DNA of 64,000 nucleotides from Pavona decussata (Eukaryota): NCBI GenBank assembly GCA_977016875.1, contig CDRNST010000043.1, positions 1,364,001 to 1,428,000 of the forward strand, read 5' to 3'. Shown piece by piece: positions 52,601 to 61,600 of this stretch (position 1 is its first letter; each line of letters starts with the position of its first letter). The notes under the pieces were generated by a model. It saw only the letters and a program-made list of their open reading frames with translations, ran no database searches and was not told where the DNA came from. The position numbers and the translations under genes were made by a program.

Positions 52601-55600
52601 CCTAGGCGTTGCTTTCAAAACGTTTGAACAACTTAGTGGCCTTTGGATTTCCGTTATGCATAGAATATGGAGAGTTTGGAAGGCTAAAGGTACGTTGGAT
52701 TTTCGTTGAATTCATCCAATAAGAATCGACAGCAATACTTATCTTACCGACTAGTCAATACTAACATTTATTTGACGGTTAAACAGTAGTACAAAAAGTC
52801 AGCTTCTTTATCGGACAGATATGCAGGCAATAATGCATAATGATGCCTGAAATCTTCTTAAAGAACACATGTTAGAAACCGTGGGGGGACTCAGGTACAT
52901 TTGTGATGGGGAGGTACGAATGAGGCAAAGTTGTTAGGAAAGCAAAAAGTCCCAAAAAGTATAAAGGCCCAGAACGTAACCCCAAAGTCCTTGATCTTCT
53001 AAGCGTAACACCCTAACAAGCGCTTGCCAAGATCTTTCCTCCTAAGAAAAGCTAACCAGAAATCTGATATAACCCCAATCTCTAACTTAAGACCCAGGGA
53101 AGGTCTTAGCACCTACTAGTCATTCATATACGTGAGAACACGCCCCTCCAACTTCACCCTCCACCACCGGCTAGAACGTTGAGAGAAAAAAACTATGACA
53201 CTGCACAACATAGACATCAAAAGTGTTCAGAGCCGTAAGACCAGGTTGGCATTGACTTGGCTCAGAGGTAACGAAAAGTTGATGCTCTTCAAACATACCT
53301 TTGTACATGTCAATGCAACATGTGACAGCACCTACCTTTGATAATGATGAAAGTCACAAAAATTCAAAGCCTTGGCTAAACTAACCTTGACCAACTTTGA
53401 CTTCTGTTGATGGCTAGGCAAAGACGGCCTCTTCCACCTTGGACATGTACCAATTGCAAGAATGAGCATCAAAGACAATTTTTTTTGCGGCTTGAGAAGT
53501 ACGGTGTACATAATAGCACCTGTTAGTATATGTCAACAGGTACCAACAGCTATTAAAAAAAAACCATCATATCGTTTCCTGAGTTAGTTAAATTGAGGCG
53601 ACGAACATGAGGCCCTCCAGTATCCAAACTCAATTGTAGATCATACGACTCATTCAGATCAAAGAACCAGTGTGAGATTGAGAACAACTACTTCTTTTGA
53701 ATCAGTACTGTACATCTTCCTGGAGTTCAAAGCGGTCAAATTCAAAAGGTTATATCATTTTCAGCTTCCCACGCCTTGAAATTGTTATCGTTGTCAACGT
53801 CAGGTGCCCATGACCAGGAGCCTCTTGAGTCAACCCTTTCCAGAGTAGATTTATTTTTAGAACTGCTGACGTATGACAATTTAGTCGCGATTACTCTTCT
53901 TTGATTGGGTATTTGAGCTCGAGAAAGCGTTGACTCCAAGGCTTAGGGTTGGCTCCAAGGCTTCCAGAGTAGATTTATTTTTAGAACTGCTGACGTATGA
54001 CAATTTAATTGCGATTACTCTTCTTTGATTGGGTATTTGAGCTCGAGAAAGAGTTGACTCCAAGGCTTAGTATGAGGGATACACGATGGTCACGGACCCC
54101 CTGCAAGCGTTTAAAACCGTCAAATTGAAAAACAATCAATGCGAAAAGTATCGCGAGAAATTCCGGTCCAGTTTCCAAAAACGGCTGTAAGTGTTGGCTT
54201 TATTGAGAGTGGTGGACTGGACTTTATGCCTGTATTTTCTTTGCTAAATGTTGGTGGGAACTGCGCACTTGGCTCCCTTCTCTACTGATCACCAACTGGG
54301 AGGTGAGAGAACAAAGGGAAGGAGACTTGTTCTAATCCACAGTAATACTCAAAACACTTGCTGGCACTACGATCTTGAAGTTTTTGTTTGTTCATTTATT
54401 AAGGTAGATTGTTAAGGAAAGGATCTCATAAAGGTTTTTGCCATTTCTCTCTCACAAAGGAGCCAGAGTGGTGATGCATTCGATTGTCGATAGTTTGATC
54501 AACAACACTGGAAGAGCGATAAATAAAAAATTGGGAGATTTCCTCAGTAATAATACAGGTTGGTTAACAGAAACATCTGTCTTATAATTAAAAAATTGAT
54601 CTTTTTAATTGTTTCTGTGGCCATCTCGCTTAAATTCAAGAAAGCGTTTTTGGAAACATGAATTGGAGTTAGATGATCATAACTCGCCTGATAACTGGCA
54701 TTTTTTAGTACTGACTAAAGATATCGATTCTGCGACAACTGACTTAGATATCATGCTCTAGGTTTAAATAATATAACATAAAGCCCTTTAAAATGCTAGA
54801 ATGTGAGTTATAAACAGTAATCAGATAAGACAGACTACTGATAACCCGATTTAACTTAAGACAAGTCAGTTAAAGAGCCCTAGTCAGCCACACCTTTGTT
54901 CATGTTTATATGCGAGAGCTTGGCTATTATATTTTATTCGGAGCATGTCGAAATGGACGAAATCACTGTGAAACTACTGAAGATAATGAAACATACTTTC
55001 AGGAACACAACTTACAGTAAAGCAATAAGATTTCGCTTCACCATGCAATGTTAATAATTTCGATGGCATCGAAAATGGCGGAGTCTGACTAGGGTCCTTT
55101 AAATTGCTTCTTTAAAATTCCACTGTAGACCGAACTACTTCCTAATAGAGAAGATAATGGTATTCCACAACTTTGGTACGGTCACTGAAAAAGATGTATC
55201 TCTATATAATATTAAGGTTAATAACAATACAGGCTGGTATTAAAATTTGGTTGATAATAATTAACGGTGAAAGGAAAGTTCCTTGGAGATGGGTGAATCC
55301 TCGGATAGGATTGATATAAAAATAAACATCAAAAAGTGTCAAAAATGGTTTTGAAAGAAACACAGACGTTTCGGGTAAATAACCCTTCTCAGAAGGGTTA
55401 TATACCCGAAACGTCTGTGTTTCTTTCAAAACCATTTTTGATATTAAGGTTGCTTGTTGGTACATTAACTAACAATTTGCTAGACGCAAATCTGAGAAAA
55501 CGTTTAGATGACATGTAAAATTTTTGGGAAAAAATTCTGAGCCCTCAGCAGGAATCGAACTCACGACCATCCAGTTACTAGTCTGGATGCTCTAACCACT

Positions 55601-58600
55601 GAGCTATGGGTGACTCATATGGTGAACTGCTTTTTTCTTCTTTTAATGCATAGTTGTGGAGCCAACTGAGGATGGCATTGGGTCTGCAACATTGAATGAC
55701 GAAGGTTCAACAAAACCAGAAAAAGTTCACCTCTCAAATAATACCCACAATCAAACAGGTAAACTCTTTAAATAAAAAAAAATCTTTATGAATTATAACC
55801 AAAATTATAACCTTCGGGGTCATTATGTTAAAGTTCTTCTAGATTTGACAAACTAGAAATCTGTTACGTTAGTTTTCAGCAAAACGACTGGCTACATTAC
55901 ATAAACTCATAAGTCATCATAGTTGAATTTCCCCTTCATATATATTTCTAGACATTCCAGTGCAGAAAGGGAGCATCGATTTTATTAAAAATGTCTCCAA
56001 CAAGGCAGAGGCGAAGCCGAAAAAGACAGGGCATACAGTCGAAAGTAAGTTCACAATAAAGAGCTACCTCAGAATGTAACCGAATGCATTCTTTACTCTA
56101 GAGAAAAATAGGAAAATCTGAATTTGGACTAATTAACTAGTGTGATTCCTTCGCACTAGTACAATTAGTTTCGAATTACGAGACAATTCAAAGGTTAGAA
56201 GAACTTAAAAATGCTATTAAGTACGTCAAAAAGGGAAAACACATTTACTCCCTAGCTATTTCACTTTCAGATGAAATCTTGGTTTGCTGGCGTACCCGTC
56301 AATCAGTTGAAAGAATTTTTAAAGATCCCCAAGCCAAACCTCAATTCTGGAACTAAAAGTACAAAAGAACTCGTGTTGTTTGGTTGATGTTTCAGGTTTT
56401 CATCTCCCTTGTGTTGCATATAGAGTCCATTTACAATCATTATCCGGTGAACATGTAACCGAAAGCGGTCTACAAATAATGCAGGCTTAACGCATTTGTT
56501 TTAATCAAAATATGCCTTAATTTTTAGCAAGAGATAATAGAGATCTTCTCAGAAAAGCTCTTTTAAAAGGTTAAGGGACAATTGTTAGTGGGAATAATGA
56601 GTATCGCCGTTAGGCTTGTTACCACTTAAAATCCCAACAAATCCTAGGGTAGGATATCAAGTAAAAAACAATAAATATTTATTGCAGCGTGCAGACCTCT
56701 TTTATTTCTTTTGCTTCAGACGGAAAGCAAACGAAATGGAAGACATGAGGCTACAAAAAATGTTGCAGTATCCTGGAGGAGAAGTTGGGGGGGGGGGGGG
56801 GAGTGGGAATACTAGAAACATATTCTAATTTCAATCTGTTTTAATCTACAGCTGTGGAAGATGCCGTGGAGGAAGTAAAGGATTCGTCCAATAATAAAAC
56901 CATCAACAAGTCAATCCCGGCGCAAATGTCCATTGAGGCTTCTGAACAAAGGAAAAATTTTAGCCGAGTGGGAAAGGAAACTTCATTGGGCAGCAGAAAT
57001 AGGAATATGACCACAAAAAGAGAAAAGAATTCTGAAACTGGTTATTCAACCTCACCAAATGTCTCAGTCAAAAAATCTGCACCATCTTTACCAAAGGAAA
57101 CAGACCATTTTCCAATAACTAGCCAAGAAATGGAGGTTAAGAAGTACACAGAAGAGACTAACAACTCTTCTTTGGGTAATGCAAGAAAAAAATTGGAAAG
57201 AAACCTTGACAGACAAAGGGCGCAGCAAAACATGCGTGACTCAGAGAGGACACAACAGGTTTCTCAAAACCTGGATAAGCATGTTGTAGAAGGAAATCAA
57301 GCTAATGCCACACAGGTGTCAGCTCGCAACCGAACTGAACTCAATTATGAGTCCCCGAAAGCAACTCCGAATGTGCGGGACACTTCAAGGGGCCTGTACT
57401 CAAATTCAATTAAGCAACCTGATGATAAAACACGACGTCTCCATGAGACTAAAAACGGAGACAATATACCACTGAACATGAATGTCCCCCTCAAAAAAAT
57501 CGTAAAAGTTAAGGAACCAAACAAGGTAAACAACACGGTTGAGAAATCTAAACAGTTGGAAAAAGTGAAAATAAACTTTATGGAAAAGAATAAGAGGTCT
57601 CATGTGAAGCAGAACGACAGCCACATTTTTCGGATTGGCGATTTGAACGCTCAAAGGAAATCTCAATCACTCGAAAATGAATCAAATTCTAAAACTGATT
57701 TAGAAGAAAAGCCAGTGACGATGTCTCAATCAGATCAATTATCTTGGAACGGTAATGAAGGCACAGATGTGTTGGACAAAGTAGTTTTGGGCCTTGATAA
57801 AACGGATGCCATATCGAAGAGCTCAAAGGATGAACAAATTGTTCAAAAGGATAGAGAGCACTTTCATAACGAAGCATTTGAAAGCAGTTCTAGAAACTCG
57901 TCAACTTCTACAGCCAAGAGCGCTTCGGAGGAGATATTTGTGCATTTGAATGGAAACCAGAAAACATCAAAAGACAATAAATCCAATAATACTTCTGAGA
58001 GGATAGTTGTGCGTTTGAATGGAAAACAGGAAGCATCAAAAGACAATAAAACTAATAATTCCTCCGAGAGGACAGTTGTACACTTCAGTGGAAAACGAGA
58101 GGCATCAAAAGGCAATAAAATGAATAGAACCTCTGAGAGAACAGTTGCACACTTGAGTGAAAAACAGGTGGCATCAAAAAACATAAAATCTAATAGAACC
58201 TCTGACAGGATAGCTGTGCACTTCAATGGAAGGCAGAAGGCATCAAAAGGTAATAAAACGAATAGAACCTCTGAGAGAATAGTCGTGCACTTGAATGGAA
58301 AACAGGAGGCATCAAAAAACAATAAAACCAGTAATACCTCTTACAGCCGGATAGTTGCACACTTGAATGAAAAGCAGGTGGCATCAAAAGACATAAAAAC
58401 TAATAGAACCTCTGAGAGGATAGCTGTGCACGTCAATGGAAGGCAAGAGGCATCAAAAGACAATAAAACGAATAGAAACTCTGAGAGAATAGTCGTTCAC
58501 TTGAATGGAAAACAGGAGGCATCAAAAAACAATAAAACCAGTAATACCTCTGAGAGCCGGATAGTTGCACACTTCAATGAAAAGCAGGTAGCATCAAAAG

Positions 58601-61600
58601 ACATAAAATCTAATAGAACCTCTGGGAAGATAGTTGTACACTTCCATGGAAAGCAAGAGGCATCAAAAGGCAATAAAACGAATAGAGCCTCTGAGGGGAT
58701 AGTTGTGCACTTCAATGGAAAACAGGAGGAATCAAAAAAGAATAAAACGAATGTTTTCGTCAACGTTGGAAGTATGCTAGCAAATGGAAATGGCGACCAG
58801 CGTACCAATGCTACCAGTGACTCCAGTGAAAAGGATAAAATTGCTACAGAAAAGTTTAGCATTAAAAGAAGTCATATCAACGAAACTCAAAGAGACACTG
58901 GAAAGGAGCTAATGGTCGATTCTGATAATGCCAAGAGTCCGCACGTTGGAAGTGATCATGATCAAACAGAAAATAATGTTAACAATTCAGTCAAATTGTT
59001 GGGAAAAGATAAAAAGAATACAAAAGTACAAGAAAAGAAGATTGGCAAAATATTGGATAATTCAAGTAATGTTCTAAATTATCCTGCTCTTGTTGCAAAG
59101 GTGAAAACGCTAAATGATCATTCGTCAAAGAAAAAGGCGCTTGATAATAATGAAGAAACCAGTCACAAGTCGGAGCGTTCTAAAACATCTGTTGGCAACA
59201 TTGTTGGAAAAGAGAAAGCCAATCCTACAAAAGTACATGTGGAATTTCAAAATTTACAGAAAAGCATAGGAGGTAGCCACGAAGGGCCGTTGAAAGGTGT
59301 GTAGGTGATAGATATATGTTACCTTTAGGTTCTTATAATGGTCTGAATATGTTCCAGACCGTTGCCATGACGACGAAGCCCTCCATGGAGAAGAAATGTT
59401 TTTTTTTGTGGTTCGATTGGTATCTTGAATGATTAGGAGAATAAAACGAGGTAACTAGAAAGTGAACGGAGGAAAAAATGAATCACAACAGCTACAACAA
59501 CAAAACAAAAACGATTTTGCGAGAGAAAATGTGATGCTTTGTTTTAAGCCTGGTGCATAAATGATAAAGGTTTCTATCTTTAGTGACACAGGCATACTCG
59601 GAAAAAGGAAATCCTAGTTCTCCCAATAGGAGTGGAACCTATCACCTTCCGAATACCGGTACCTGTTCGGATGCTCTACCACTGAGCTGTAGGGGACTCG
59701 TGAGAACTAGTTTATTAAACCGCTAGCCGTCATGTGACAAACATCCTGCATGCTGCTAGGATCGTAATGTCCATGAGTGGTATATGTGAAAAAAATGTGA
59801 GGTTATGTTGTGAGCCTGGTGAGTAAATGATAGAGTTTTTTTCAGTCAGTGAAACCCCTGTCAGGAGAAATCGGATTTCTTTTCTCCGAGCATGCTTGTA
59901 AAAATATACTTCTGTTAATGTAAATATATATTGATATCATAACAACTTTCTTTTGACATATCTTCAATCTTCGCTACATTCACTCCACATGTTGTCTGTC
60001 ATTTGCACTACATGACTTACTCACTTCCATTTTTTCCATCCATTAAAGAAATTCATAACTTTAGTGGAACAATGCTCATCAGTTTACCCTGCATTGATAT
60101 TTGGCTACTTCTCAGTTTTTCACATATTTTTTCGTCAATTGCAGATAAACCAGAAACAAAAGCCTTAGAAGGTAAAAGCAACACAGCACTCAAAGCTAGT
60201 TCGAATAATATCAAGGCAGCAAGGAATTATTCCACCTCTTCGTTAATCCCCAATCAGTCTACGTCGGTCAATTCCGCAATTCCAGCCAAAACGAACTCTC
60301 GCCGTCATCCTAAAGAAAAGCCAGATCCACCAAAAAGATCAATTCATACCGGTAGAAAAGAACAGGAAAACCTTCCTGTTGAGTCAACATCAAATCGTAA
60401 AGAGAAGCGAAAAAAATCAAACATTGTTAGAAAGCTTGTAACAAAAGGTGCAGGAAGTGCAGAAAAACAAGCCGCGGATATTGATGTGGAACACAGCTCA
60501 GGGAGTGGGATGTTGCAAGAGACGGACAGCAACATAAGACATGATACAGAAAGTGACAATTCAATGGGTTCAGGAAACGGAAATGGTAATCCACACGGTG
60601 GAAGTGGCATGTCACGTGATTCAGAGCGTCATACAATAAACGGTCAATCAAGTGGGACGACAAATGATTCAAAAGGAGAATTGACAGCAAAAGGTGACTT
60701 CAAAAATAAACAAAAAGGTGATAGGATACAAAGGACGAAGAAAAGCCCGACACATAACCCAGCAGATGACTTGAAACACCGTTCAGATAGTGAAGTGACA
60801 CAAAAGCCAAAAGATGTTGTGATAGTTGTCCCACGAATTGATGTGAAACATAATTCAGAGAGCGTCTCAGACAAGCCATCTAAAATCATCAGAATCTCAA
60901 AAGACTCCTCAAGGCAGGATCCTGAGTCTGATATACTACCAAGTTATCATCTGAAGGTCTCGTCTAGACGATCTCCTAAAAAGTCAACCCAAGGAGACTT
61001 GCATGACGTTACGCACGACAGCATTGCACACACAGCTCACGGAAAGAATGGTAAATTGTCTTTTCCCAAAGTTTGATTTTGAGAGCTTCCTCTGTAGAAG
61101 AACAGTATGTATTCCATGCTAAGAAGCTAAGAGGCACATTCAGACTCCTCTCTATCATGCACTCTAAAATACTATGATAAGCTTTGTGAAAGTTGCATTT
61201 GTGCGCTCCACCACTTAAGATGTACAGCAATGTTTTGGTCTCCAGATTCCCTTTCCTTTTATTCTCATGGTTTTTCGTTGAGTATTGTTTCGTTGTTAAT
61301 GTTGATGCTATTGTTGTTGTCGTACTTTTTTTTCTGCTATTGTTTTATCTGGCGTTGTTATGTTTTCTTTTACTTTGACGTACAGGTCAGAGAACAGGTA
61401 CCGTTACATTTTCTCCGATATTTTCACCAATATTTTTTTTGTGTCCAGTGCACGTCAAAAAGTGGAAAACGTCACCAAAAGCCAAAAGTGCTACCCATGT
61501 CATAGCGAGAAAGAAAGAAGAAGAGCAGCCACAAAGTAAAAATATTTTGGGACGCCATATTGCAAGACAAGGTACACAAAAGTTTGAAACTATGTAACAT

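Noticed and set aside
57864-58862. Hydrophobic minus-strand ORFs (152 and 121 aa) with repeats
   Set aside because: Antisense shadows of the plus-strand coding repeat
60003-60144. Hydrophobic signal-like N-terminus of the 357-aa ORF
   Set aside because: It is translated intron polypyrimidine tract upstream of the acceptor at 60144
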